Origin: the human T2T-CHM13v2.0 reference genome, Homo sapiens
Reading direction: 5' to 3' (one strand)
NCBI RefSeq assembly: GCF_009914755.1
Contig: NC_060925.1
DNA length: 64,000 bases
Shown here: in pieces, positions 28,001 to 42,600 of the stretch
How positions within the stretch are numbered: position 1 is the stretch's first letter
Layout: each line of letters opens with the position of its first letter
The notes under the pieces: model-generated
What the model was told of the DNA's origin: nothing
Database searches by the model: none
What the model saw: the letters and a program-made list of their open reading frames with translations, nothing else
Made by a program: the position numbers and the translations under genes

Positions 28001-31000
28001 GAATCGAATGGAATCATCGAATGGACTCGAATGGAATAATCATGGAACGGAATCGAATGGAATCATCATCGGATGGAAATGAATGGAATCATCATCGAAT
28101 GGAATCGAATAGAATTATGGAATGAAATCCAGTGTGATCATCATCGAATGGACCCGAATGGAATCATCATCCAACGGAAGCTAATGGAATCAACATCGAA
28201 TGAATCGAATGGAAACACCATCGAATTGAAACGAATGGATTTACCATGAAATTGAAATGGATGGACTCATCATCGAATGGATTCGAGTGGAATCATCGAA
28301 TAAAATTGATTGAAATCATCATCGAATGTTATCGAATGGTATCATTGAATGGAATCGAATGGAATCATCATCAGATGGAAATGAAAGGAATCGTCATAGA
28401 ATGGAATCGAATGGATTCATTGAATGGAATCAGATGGAATCTTCGAATGGACTGGAATGGAATCATTGAATGGACTCGAAAGGGATCATTATTGAATGGA
28501 ATTGAATGGAATCATCGAATGGTCTCGATTGGAATCATTATCAAATGGAATCGAATGGAATCACCGAATAGAATCGAATGGAACAATCATCGAATGGACT
28601 CCAATGGAATTATCCTCAAATGGAATCGAATGGAATTATCGAATGCAATCGAATGGAATTCTCGAATGCAATCGAATAGAATCATCGAATGGACTCGAAT
28701 GGAATCATCGAATGGAATGGAATGGAACAGTCAATGAACTCGAATGGAATCATCATTGAATGGAATCGAATGGAATCATCGAGTGGAATCGAATGTAATC
28801 ATCATCAAATGGAATCAAAAATAACCATCATCAAATGGAATCAAAAATAACCATCATCAATTGGTGTTGAATGGAATTCTCATCAAATGGAATTCAAAGA
28901 AATCATCATCAAATGGAACCGAATGGAATCCTCATTGAATGGAAATGAAAGGGGTCATCATCTAATGGAATCGCATGGAATCATCATAAAATGGAATCGA
29001 ATGGAATCAACATCAAATGGAATCAAATGGAATCATTGAACGGAATTGAATGGAATCGTCATCGAAAGAATTGAATGCAATCATCGAATGGTCTCGAATG
29101 GAATCATCTTCAAATGGAATGGAATGGAATCATCGCATAGAATCGAAAGGAATTATCATCGAATGGAATCGAATGGAATCAACACCAAACGGAAAAAAAC
29201 GGAATTATCGAATGGAATCGAAGAGAATCATCGAATGGACCCGAATGGAATCATCTAATGGAATGGAATGGAATAATCCATGGACTCGAATGCAATCATC
29301 ATCGAATGCAATCGAATGGAATCATCGAATGGACTCGAATGGAATAATCATTGAACGGAATCGAATGGAATCATCATCGGATGGAAACGAATGGAATCAT
29401 CATCGAATGGAATCGAATAGAATTATGGATTGAAATCCAGTGTGATCATCATCGAATGGACCCGAATGGAATCATCATCCAACGGAAGCTAATGGAATCA
29501 ACATCGAATGAATCGAAAGGAAACACCATCGAATTGAAACGAATGGAATTACCATGAAATTGAAATGGATGGACTCATCATCAAATGGATTCGTATGGAA
29601 TCATCGAATAAAATTGATTGAAATCATCATCGAATGGAATCGAATGGTATCATTGAATGGAATCGAATGGAATCATCATCAGATGGAAATGAATGGAATC
29701 GTCATAGAATGGGATCGAATGGATTCATTGAATGGAATCAGATGGAATCATTGAATGGACTGGAATGGAATCATTGAATGGACTCGAAAGGGATCATTAT
29801 TGAATGGAATTGAATGGAATCATCGAATGGTCTCGATAGGAATCATTATCAAATGGAATCGAATGGAATCACCGAATAGAATCGAATGGAACAATCATCG
29901 AATGGACTCAAATGGAATTATCCTCTAATGGAATCGAATGGAATTATCGAATGTAATCGAATGGAATTCTCGAATGCAATCGAATAGAATCATCGAATGG
30001 ACTCGAATGGAATCATCGAATGGAATGGAATGGAACAGTCAATGAACTCGAATGGAATCATCATTGAATGGAATCGAATGGAATCATCGAGTGGAATCGA
30101 AAGGAATTATGACCAAATGGAATCGAATGTAATCATCATCAAATGGAATCAAAAATAACCATCATCAATTGGTATTGAATGGAATTGTCATCAAATGGAA
30201 TTCAAAGGAATCATCATCAAATGGAACCGAATGGAATCCTCATTGAATGGAAATGAAAGGGGTCATCATCTAATGGAATCGCATGGAATCATCATCAAAT
30301 GGAATCGAATGGAATCATCATCAAATGGAATCTAATGGAAACATTGAAAAGAATTGAATGGAATCGTCATCGAATGAATTGAATGCAATCATCGAATGGT
30401 CTCGAATGGAATCATCTTCTAATGAAAAGGAATGGAATCATCGCATAGAATCGAATGGAATTATCATCGAATGGAATCGAATGGTATCAACACCAAACGG
30501 AAAAAAACGGAATTATCGAATGGAATCGAAGAGAATCTTCGAACGGACCCGAATGGAATCATCTAATGGAATGGAATGGAATAATCCATGGACTCGAATG
30601 CAATCATCATCGAATGGAATCGAATGGAATCATCGAATGGACTCGAATGGAATAATCATTGAACGGAATCGAATGGAATCATCATCGGATGGAAACGAAT
30701 GGAATCATCATCGAATGGAAATGAAAGGAGTCATCATCTAATGGAATTGCATGGAATCATCATCAAATGGAATCGAATGGAATCAACATCAAATGGAATC
30801 AAATGGAATCATTGAACGGAATTGAATGGAATCGTCATCGAATGAATTGAATGCAATCATCGAATGGTCTCGAATGGAATCATCTTCAAATGGAATGGAA
30901 TGGAATCATCGCATAGAATCGAATGGAATTATCATCGAATGGAATCGAATGGAATCAACATCAAACGGAAAAAAACGGAATTATCGAATGGAATCGAAGA

Positions 31001-34000
31001 GAATCATCGAATGGACCCGAATGGAATCATCTAATGGAATGGAATGGAATAATCCATGGACTCGAATGCAATCATCATCGAATGGAATCGAATGGAATCA
31101 TCGAATGGACTCGAATGGAATAATCATTGAACGGAATCGAATGGAATCATCATCGGATGGAAATGAATGGAATCATCATCGAATGGAATCGAATAGAATT
31201 ATGGAATGAAATCCAGTGTGATCATCATCGAATGGACCCGAATGGAATCATCATCCAACGTAAGCTAATGGAATCAACATCGAATGAATCGAATGGAAAC
31301 ACCATCGAATTGAAACGAATGGAATTACCATGAAATTGAAATGGATGGACTCATCATCGAATGGATTCGAATGGAATCATCGAATAAAATTGATTGAAAT
31401 CATCATCGAATGGTATCGAATGGTATCATTGAATGGAATCGAATGGAATCATCCTCAGATGGAAATGAATGGAATCGTCATAGAATGGAATCGAATGGAT
31501 TCATTGAATGGAATCAGATGGAATCATCGAATGGACTGGAATGGAATCATTGAATGGACTCGAAAGGGATCATTATTGAATGGAATTGAATGGAATCATC
31601 GAATGGTCCCGATGGAATCATTATCAAATGGAATCGAATGGAATCACCGAATAGAATCGAATGGAACAATCATCGAATGGACTCAAATGGAATTATCCTC
31701 ACATGGAATCGAATGGAATTATCGAATGCAATCGAATGGAATTATCGAATGCAATCGAATAGAATCATCGAATGGACTCGAATGGAATCATCGAATGGAA
31801 TGGAATGGAACAGTCAATGAACTCGAATGGAATCATCATTGAATGGAATCGAATGGAATCATCGAGTGGAATCGAATGGAATTATGATCAAATGGAATCG
31901 AATTTAATCATCATCAAATGGAATCAAAAATAACCATCATCAATTGGTATTGAATGGAATTCTCATCAAATGGAATTCAAAGGAATCATCATCAAATGGA
32001 ACTGAATGGAATCCTCATTGAATGGAAATGAAAGGGGTCATCATCTAATGGAATCGCATGGAATCATCATCAAATGGAATCGAATGGAATCATCATCAAA
32101 TGGAATCTGATGGAATCATTGAACAGAATTGAATGGAATCGTCATCGAATGAATTGAATTCAATCATCGAATGGTCTCGAATGTAATCACATTCTAATGG
32201 AAAGGAATGGAATCATCGCATAGAATCGAATGGAATTAACATTGAATGGACTCGAATGGAATCAACATCAAACGGAATCAAGCGGAATTATCGAATGGAA
32301 TCGAAGAGAATCATCGAATGGTCTCGAATGGAATCATCTTCTAATGGAAAGGAATGGAATCATCTCATAGAATCGAATGGAATTAACATTGAATGGACTC
32401 GAATGGAATCAACATCAAATGCAATCAAGCGGAATTGTCGAATGAAATCGAAGAGAATCATCGAATGGACTCGAATGGAATCATCTAATGGAATGGAATG
32501 GAATAATCCACGGACTCGAATGCAATCATCATCGTATAGAATCGAATGGAATGATCGAAAGGACTCGAATGGAATAACCATTGAACGGAATCGAATGGAA
32601 TCATCATCGGATGGAAACGAATGGAATCATCATCGAATGGAAATGAAAGGAGTCATCATCTAATGGAATTGCATGGAATCATCATCAAATGGAATCGAAT
32701 GGAATCATCATCAAATGGAATCAAATGGAATCATTGAACGGAATTGAATGGAATTGTCATCGAATGAATTGACTGCAATCATCCAATGGTCTCGAATGGA
32801 ATCATCTTCAAATGGAATGGAATGGAATCATCGCATAGAATCGAATGGAATTATCATCGAATGGAATCGAATGGTATCAACATCAAACGGAAAAAAACGG
32901 AATTATCGAATGGAATCGAAGAGAATCTTCGAACGGACCCGAATGGAATCATCTAATGGAATGGAATGGAATAATCCATGGACTCGAATGCAATCATCAT
33001 CGAATGGAATCGAATGGAATCATTGAATGGACTCGAATGGAATAATCATTGAACGGAATCGAATGGAATCATCATCGGATGGAAATGAATGGAATCATCA
33101 TCGAATGGAATCGAATAGAATTATGGAATGAAATCCAGTGTGATCATCATCGAATGGACCCGAATGGAATCATCATCCAACGGAAGCTAATGGAATCAAC
33201 ATCGAATGAATCGAAAGGAAACACCATCGAATTGAAACGAATGGAATTATCATGAAATTGAAATGGATGGACTCATCATCGAATGGATTCGAATGGAATC
33301 ATCGAATAAAATTGATTGAAATCATCATCGAATGGAATCGAATGGTATCATTGAATGGAATCGAATGGAATCATCATCAGATGGAAATGAATGGAATCGT
33401 CATAGAATGGAATCGAATGGATTCATTGAATGGAATCAGATGGAATCATCGAATGGACTCGAATGGAATAATCATTGAACGGAATCGAATGGAATCATCA
33501 TCGGATGGAAACGAATGGAATCATCATCGAATGGAAATGAAAGGAGTCATCATCTAATGGAATTTCATGGAATCATCATCAAATGGAATCGAATGGAATC
33601 AACATCAAATGGAATCAAATGGAATCATTGAACGGAATTGAATGGAATCGTCATCGAATGAATTGAATGCAATCATCGAATGGTCTCGAATGGAATCATC
33701 TTCAAATGGAATGGAATGGAATCATCGCATAGAATCGAATGGAATTATCATCGAATGGAATCGAATGTTATCAACATCAAACGGAAAATAACGGAATTAT
33801 CGAATGGAATCGAAGAGAATCATCGAACGGACCCGAATGGAATCATCTAATGGAATGGAATGGAATAATCCACGGACTCGAATGCAATCATCGTCGAATG
33901 GAATCGAATAGAATCATCGAATGGACTCGAATGGAATAATCATTGAACGGAATCGAATGGAATCATCATCGGATGGAAACGAATGGAATCATCATCGAAT

Positions 34001-37000
34001 GGAATCGAATAGAATTATGGAATGAAATCCAGTGTGATCATCATCGAATGGACCCGAATGGAATCATCATCCAACGGAAGCTAATGGAATCAACATCGAA
34101 TGAATCAAATGGAAACACCATCGAATTGAAACGAATGGAATTACCATGAAATTGAAATGGATGGACTCATCATCAAATGGATTCGAATGGAATCATCGAA
34201 TAAAATTGATTGAAATCATCATCGAATGGAATCGAATGGTATCATTGAATGGAATCGAATGGAATCATCATCAGATGGAAATGAATGGAATCGTCATAGA
34301 ATGGAATCGAATGGATTCATTGAATGGAATCAGATGGAATCATTGAATGGACTGGAATGGAATCATTGAATGGACTCGAAAGGGATCATTATTGAATGGA
34401 ATTGAATGGAATCATCGAATGGTCTCGATTGGAATCATTATCAAATGGAATCGAATGGAATCACCGAATAGAATCGAATGGAACAATCATCGAATGGACT
34501 CAAATGGAATTATCCTCCAATGGAATCGAATGGAATTATCGAATGCAATCGAATGGAATTATCGAATGCAATCGAATAGAATCATCGAATGGACTCGAAT
34601 GGAATCATCGAATGGAATGGAATGGAACAGTCAATGAACTCGAATGGAATCATCATTGAATGGAATCGAATGGAATCATCGAGTGGAATCGAATGGAATT
34701 ATGATCAAATGGAATCGAATGTAATCATCATCAAATGGAATCAAAAATAACCATCATCAATTGGTATTGAATGGAATTGTCATCAAATGGAATTCAAAGG
34801 AATCATCATCAAATGGAACCGAATGGAATCCTCATTGAATGGAAATGAAAGGGGTCATCATCTAATGGAATCGCATGGAATCATCATCAAATGGAATCGA
34901 ATGGAATCATCATCAAATGGAATCTAATGGAATCATTGAAAAGAATTGAATGGAATCGTCATCGAATGAATTGAATGCAATCATCGAATGGTCTCGAATG
35001 GAATCATCTTCTAATGGAAAGGAATGGAATCATCGCATAGAATCGAATGGAATTATCATCGAATGGAATCGAATGGTATCAACACCAAACGGAAAAAAAC
35101 GGAATTATCGAATGGAATCGAAGAGAATCTTCGAACGGACCCGAATGGAATCATCTAATGGAATGGAATGGAATAATCCATGGACTCGAATGCAATCATC
35201 ATCGAATGGAATCGAATGGAATCATCGAATGGACTCGAATGGAATAATCATTGAACGGAATCGAATGGAATCATCATCGGATGGAAACGAATGGAATCAT
35301 CATCGAATGGAAATGAAAGGAGTCATCATCTAATGGAATTGCATGGAATCATCATAAAAGGGAATCGAATGGAATCAACATCAAATGGAATCAAATGGAA
35401 TCATTGAACGGAATTGAATGGAATCGTCATCGAATGAATTGAATGCAATCATCGAATGGTCTCGAATGGAATCATCTTCAAATAGAATGGAATGGAATCA
35501 TCGCATAAAATCGAATGGAATTATCATCGAATGGAATCGAATGGAATCAACATCAAACGGAAAAAAACGGAATTATCGAATGGAATCGAAGAGAATCATC
35601 GAATGGACCCGAATGGAATCATCTAATGGAATGGAATGGAATAATCCATGGACTCGAATGCAATCATCATCGAATGGAATCGAATGGAATCATCGAATGG
35701 ACTCGAATGGAATAATCATTGAACGGAATCGAATGGAATCATCATCGGATGGAAATGAATGGAATCATCATCGAATGGAATCGAATAGAATTATGGAATG
35801 AAATCCAGTGTGATCATCATCGAATGGACCCGAATGGAATCATCATCCAACGTAAGCTAATGGAATCAACATCGAATGAATCGAATGGAAACACCATCGA
35901 ATTGAAACGAATGGAATTACCATGAAATTGAAATGGATGGACTCATCATCGAATGGATTCGAATGGAATCATCGAATAAAATTGATTGAAATCATCATCG
36001 AATTGTATCGAATGGTATCATTGAATGGAATCGAATGGAATCATCCTCAGATGGAAATGAATGGAATCGTCATAGAATGGAATCGAATGGATTCATTGAA
36101 TGGAATCAGATGGAATCATCGAATGGACTGGAATGGAATCATTGAATGGACTCGAAAGGGATCATTATTGAATGGAATTGAATGGAATCATCGAATGGTC
36201 CCGATGGAATCATTATCAAATGGAATCGAATGGAATCACCGAATAGAATCGAATGGAACAATCATCGAATGGACTCAAATGGAATTATCCTCACATGGAA
36301 TCGAATGGAATTATCGAATGCAATCGAATGGAATTATCGAATGCAATCGAATAGAATCATCGAATGGACTCGAATGGAATCATCGAATGGAATGGAATGG
36401 AACAGTCAATGAACTCGAATGGAATCATCATTGAATGGAATCGAATGGAATCATCGAGTGGAATCGAATGGAATTATGATCAAATGGAATCGAATTTAAT
36501 CATCATCAAATGGAATCAAAAATAACCATCATCAATTGGTATTGAATGGAATTCTCATCAAATGGAATTCAAAGGAATCATCATCAAATGGAACTGAATG
36601 GAATCCTCATTGAATGGAAATGAAAGGGGTCATCATCTAATGGAATCGCATGGAATCATCATCAAATGGAATCGAATGGAATCATCATCAAATGGAATCT
36701 GATGGAATCATTGAACAGAATTGAATGGAATCGTCATCGAATGAATTGAATTCAATCATCGAATGGTCTCGAATGTAATCACATTCTAATGGAAAGGAAT
36801 GGAATCATCGCATAGAATCGAATGGAATTAACATTGAATGGACTCGAATGGAATCAACATCAAACGGAATCAAGCGGAATTATCGAATGGAATCGAAGAG
36901 AATCATCGAATGGTCTCGAATGGAATCATCTTCTAATGGAAAGGAATGGAATCATCTCATAGAATCGAATGGAATTAACATTGAATGGACTCGAATGGAA

Positions 37001-39541
37001 TCAACATCAAATGCAATCAAGCGGAATTGTCGAATGAAATCGAAGAGAATCATCGAATGGACTCGAATGGAATCATCTAATGGAATGGAATGGAATAATC
37101 CACGGACTCGAATGCAATCATCATCGTATAGAATCGAATGGAATGATCGAAAGGACTCGAATGGAATAACCATTGAACGGAATCGAATGGAATCATCATC
37201 GGATGGAAACGAATGGAATCATCATCGAATGGAAATGAAAGGAGTCATCATCTAATGGAATTGCATGGAATCATCATCAAATGGAATCGAATGGAATCAT
37301 CATCAAATGGAATCAAATGGAATCATTGAACGGAATTGAATGGAATTGTCATCGAATGAATTGACTGCAATCATCCAATGGTCTCGAATGGAATCATCTT
37401 CAAATGGAATGGAATGGAATCATCGCATAGAATCGAATGGAATTATCATCGAATGGAATCGAATGGTATCAACATCAAACGGAAAAAAACGGAATTATCG
37501 AATGGAATCGAAGAGAATCTTCGAACGGACCCGAATGGAATCATCTAATGGAATGGAATGGAATAATCCATGGACTCGAATGCAATCATCATCGAATGGA
37601 ATCGAATGGAATCATTGAATGGACTCGAATGGAATAATCATTGAACGGAATCGAATGGAATCATCATCGGATGGAAATGAATGGAATCATCATCGAATGG
37701 AATCGAATAGAATTATGGAATGAAATCCAGGGTGATCATCATCGAATGGACCCGAATGGAATCATCATCCAACGGAAGCTAATGGAATCAACATCGAATG
37801 AATCGAAAGGAAACACCATCGAATTGAAACGAATGGAATTATCATGAAATTGAAATGGATGGACTCATCATCGAATGGATTCGAATGGAATCATCGAATA
37901 AAATTGATTGAAATCATCATCGAATGGAATCGAATGGTATCATTGAATGGAATCGAATGGAATCATCATCAGATGGAAATGAATGGAATCGTCATAGAAT
38001 GGAATCGAATGGATTCATTGAATGGAATCAGATGGAATCATCGAATGGACTCGAATGGAATAATCATTGAACGGAATCGAATGGAATCATCATCGGATGG
38101 AAACGAATGGAATCATCATCGAATGGAAATGAAAGGAGTCATCATCTAATGGAATTTCATGGAATCATCATCAAATGGAATCGAATGGAATCAACATCAA
38201 ATGGAATCAAATGGAATCATTGAACGGAATTGAATGGAATCGTCATCGAATGAATTGAATGCAATCATCGAATGGTCTCGAATGGAATCATCTTCAAATG
38301 GAATGGAATGGAATCATCGCATAGAATCGAATGGAATTATCATCGAATGGAATCGAATGTTATCAACATCAAACGGAAAATAACGGAATTATCGAATGGA
38401 ATCGAAGAGAATCATCGAACGGACCCGAATGGAATCATCTAATGGAATGGAATGGAATAATCCACGGACTCGAATGCAATCATCGTCGAATGGAATCGAA
38501 TAGAATCATCGAATGGACTCGAATGGAATAATCATTGAACGGAATCGAATGGAATCATCATCGGATGGAAACGAATGGAATCATCATCGAATGGAATCGA
38601 ATAGAATTATGGAATGAAATCCAGTGTGATCATCATCGAATGGACCCGAATGGAATCATCATCCAACGGAAGCTAATGGAATCAACATCGAATGAATCAA
38701 ATGGAAACACCATCGAATTGAAACGAATGGAATTACCATGAAATTGAAATGGATGGACTCATCATCAAATGGATTCGAATGGAATCATCGAATAAAATTG
38801 ATTGAAATCATCATCGAATGGAATCGAATGGTATCATTGAATGGAATCGAATGGAATCATCATCAGATGGAAATGAATGGAATCGTCATAGAATGGAATC
38901 GAATGGATTCATTGAATGGAATCAGATGGAATCATTGAATGGACTGGAATGGAATCATTGAATGGACTCGAAAGGGATCATTATTGAATGGAATTGAATG
39001 GAATCATCGAATGGTCTCGATTGGAATCATTATCAAATGGAATCGAATGGAATCACCGAATAGAATCGAATGGAACAATCATCGAATGGACTCAAATGGA
39101 ATTATCCTCCAATGGAATGGAATGGAATTATCGAATGCAATCGAATGGAATTATCGAATGCAATCGAATAGAATCATCGAATGGACTCGAATGGAATCAT
39201 CGAATGGAATGGAATGGAACAGTCAATGAACTCGAATGGAATCATCATTGAATGGAATCGAATGGAATCATCGAGTGGAATCGAATGGAATTATGATCAA
39301 ATGGAATCGAATGTAATCATCATCAAATGGAATCAAAAATAACCATCATCAATTGGTATTGAATGGAATTGTCATCAAATGGAATTCAAAGGAATCATCA
39401 TCAAATGGAACCGAATGGAATCCTCATTGAATGGAAATGAAAGGGGTCATCATCTAATGGAATCGCATGGAATCATCATCAAATGGAATCGAATGGAATC
39501 ATCATCAAATGGAATCTAATGGAATCATTGAAAAGAATTGA
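27274..39541 (+). repeat. ~12.27-kb higher-order repeat, copy 1 (12268 bp)
   Basis: Landmark offsets 28246->40514, 29554->41822 and 31330->43598 all equal 12268 bp. Eight variant monomers per copy. Confidence 0.9.
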
Positions 39542-39613
39542 ATGGAATCGTCATCGAATGAATTGAATGCAATCATCGAATGGTCTCGAATGGAATCATC
39601 TTCTAATGGAAAG
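30430..39613 (+). repeat. Internal 4592-bp tandem duplication (1776+1922+894) nested in each 12.27-kb unit; also at ~42700-51470 and ~54970-63740
   Basis: Offsets 31330/35922, 32256/36848, 33252/37844 and 34146/38738 all equal 4592. The same holds for 43598/48190 and 55870/60462. Confidence 0.9.
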
Positions 39614-42600
39614 GAATGGAATCATCGCATAGAATCGAATGGAATTATCATCGAATGGAATCGAATGGTATCAACACCAAACGGAAAAAAACGGAATTAT
39701 CGAATGGAATCGAAGAGAATCTTCGAACGGACCCGAATGGAATCATCTAATGGAATGGAATGGAATAATCCATGGACTCGAATGCAATCATCATCGAATG
39801 GAATCGAATGGAATCATCGAATGGACTCGAATGGAATAATCATTGAACGGAATCGAATGGAATCATCATCGGATGGAAACGAATGGAATCATCATCGAAT
39901 GGAAATGAAAGGAGTCATCATCTAATGGAATTGCATGGAATCATCATCAAATGGAATCGAATGGAATCAACATCAAATGGAATCAAATGGAATCATTGAA
40001 CGGAATTGAATGGAATCGTCATCGAATGAATTGAATGCAATCATCGAATGGTCTCGAAAGGAATCATCTTCAAATGGAATGGAATGGAATCATCGCATAG
40101 AATCGAATGGAATTATCATCGAATGGAATCGAATGGAATCAACATCAAACGGAAAAAAACGGAATTATCGAATGGAATCGAAGAGAATCATCGAATGGAC
40201 CCGAATGGAATCATCTAATGGAATGGAATGGAATAATCCATGGACTCGAATGCAATCATCATCGAATGGAATCGAATGGAATCATCGAATGGACTCGAAT
40301 GGAATAATCATGGAACGGAATCGAATGGAATCATCATCGGATGGAAATGAATGGAATCATCATCGAATGGAATCGAATAGAATTATGGAATGAAATCCAG
40401 TGTGATCATCATCGAATGGACCCGAATGGAATCATCATCCAACGGAAGCTAATGGAATCAACATCGAATGAATCAAATGGAAACACCATCGAATTGAAAC
40501 GAATGGATTTACCATGAAATTGAAATGGATGGACTCATCATCAAATGGATTCGAGTGGAATCATCGAATAAAATTGATTGAAATCATCATCGAATGTTAT
40601 CGAATGGTATCATTGAATGGAATCGAATGGAATCATCATCAGATGGAAATGAAAGGAATCGTCATAGAATGGAATCGAATGGATTCATTGAATGGAATCA
40701 GATGGAATCTTCGAATGGACTGGAATGGAATCATTGAATGGACTCGAAAGGGATCATTATTGAATGGAATTGAATGGAATCATCGAATGGTCTCGATTGG
40801 AATCATTATCAAATGGAATCGAATGGAATCACCGAATAGAATCGAATGGAACAATCATCAAATGGACTCAAATGGAATTATCCTCAAATGGAATTGAATG
40901 GAATTATCGAATGCAATCGAATGGAATTATCGAATGCAATCGAATAGAATCATCGAATGGACTCGAATGGAATCATCGAATGGAATGGAATGGAACAGTC
41001 AATGAACTCGAATGGAATCATCATTGAATGGAATCGAATGGAATCATCGAGTGGAATCGAATGTAATCATCATCAAATGGAATCAAAAATAACCATCATC
41101 AAATGGAATCAAAAATAACCATCATCAATTGGTGTTGAATGGAATTCTCATCAAATGGAATTCAAAGAAATCATCATCAAATGGAACCGAATGGAATCCT
41201 CATTGAATGGAAATGAAAGGGGTCATCATCTAATGGAATCGCATGGAATCATCATCAAATGGAATCGAATGGAATCATCATCAAATGGAATCTGATGGAA
41301 TCATTGAACAGAATTGAATGGAATCGTCATCGAATGAATTGAATTCAATCATCGAATGGTCTCGAATGGAATCATCTTCAAATGGAATGGAATGGAATCA
41401 TCGCATAGAATCGAAAGGAATTATCATCGAATGGAATCGAATGGAATCAACACCAAACGGAAAAAAACGGAATTATCGAATGGAATCGAAGAGAATCATC
41501 GAATGGACCCGAATGGAATCATCTAATGGAATGGAATGGAATAATCCATGGACTCGAATGCAATCATCATCGAATGCAATCGAATGGAATCATCGAATGG
41601 ACTCGAATGGAATAATCATTGAACGGAATCGAATGGAATCATCATCGGATGGAAACGAATGGAATCATCATCGAATGGAATCGAATAGAATTATGGATTG
41701 AAATCCAGTGTGATCATCATCGAATGGACCCGAATGGAATCATCATCCAACGGAAGCTAATGGAATCAACATCGAATGAATCGAAAGGAAACACCATCGA
41801 ATTGAAACGAATGGAATTACCATGAAATTGAAATGGATGGACTCATCATCAAATGGATTCGTATGGAATCATCGAATAAAATTGATTGAAATCATCATCG
41901 AATGGAATCGAATGGTATCATTGAATGGAATCGAATGGAATCATCATCAGATGGAAATGAATGGAATCGTCATAGAATGGGATCGAATGGATTCATTGAA
42001 TGGAATCAGATGGAATCATTGAATGGACTGGAATGGAATCATTGAATGGACTCGAAAGGGATCATTATTGAATGGAATTGAATGGAATCATCGAATGGTC
42101 TCGATAGGAATCATTATCAAATGGAATCGAATGGAATCACCGAATAGAATCGAATGGAACAATCATCGAATGGACTCAAATGGAATTATCCTCTAATGGA
42201 ATCGAATGGAATTATCGAATGTAATCGAATGGAATTCTCGAATGCAATCGAATAGAATCATCGAATGGACTCGAATGGAATCATCGAATGGAATGGAATG
42301 GAACAGTCAATGAACTCGAATGGAATCATCATTGAATGGAATCGAATGGAATCATCGAGTGGAATCGAAAGGAATTATGACCAAATGGAATCGAATGTAA
42401 TCATCATCAAATGGAATCAAAAATAACCATCATCAATTGGTATTGAATGGAATTGTCATCAAATGGAATTCAAAGGAATCATCATCAAATGGAACCGAAT
42501 GGAATCCTCATTGAATGGAAATGAAAGGGGTCATCATCTAATGGAATCGCATGGAATCATCATCAAATGGAATCGAATGGAATCATCATCAAATGGAATC

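Noticed and set aside
32360-32581. Minus-strand 73-aa ORF repeated six times
   Set aside because: It arises from chance loss of TGA stops in one variant block and is repeated only because the HOR was amplified.
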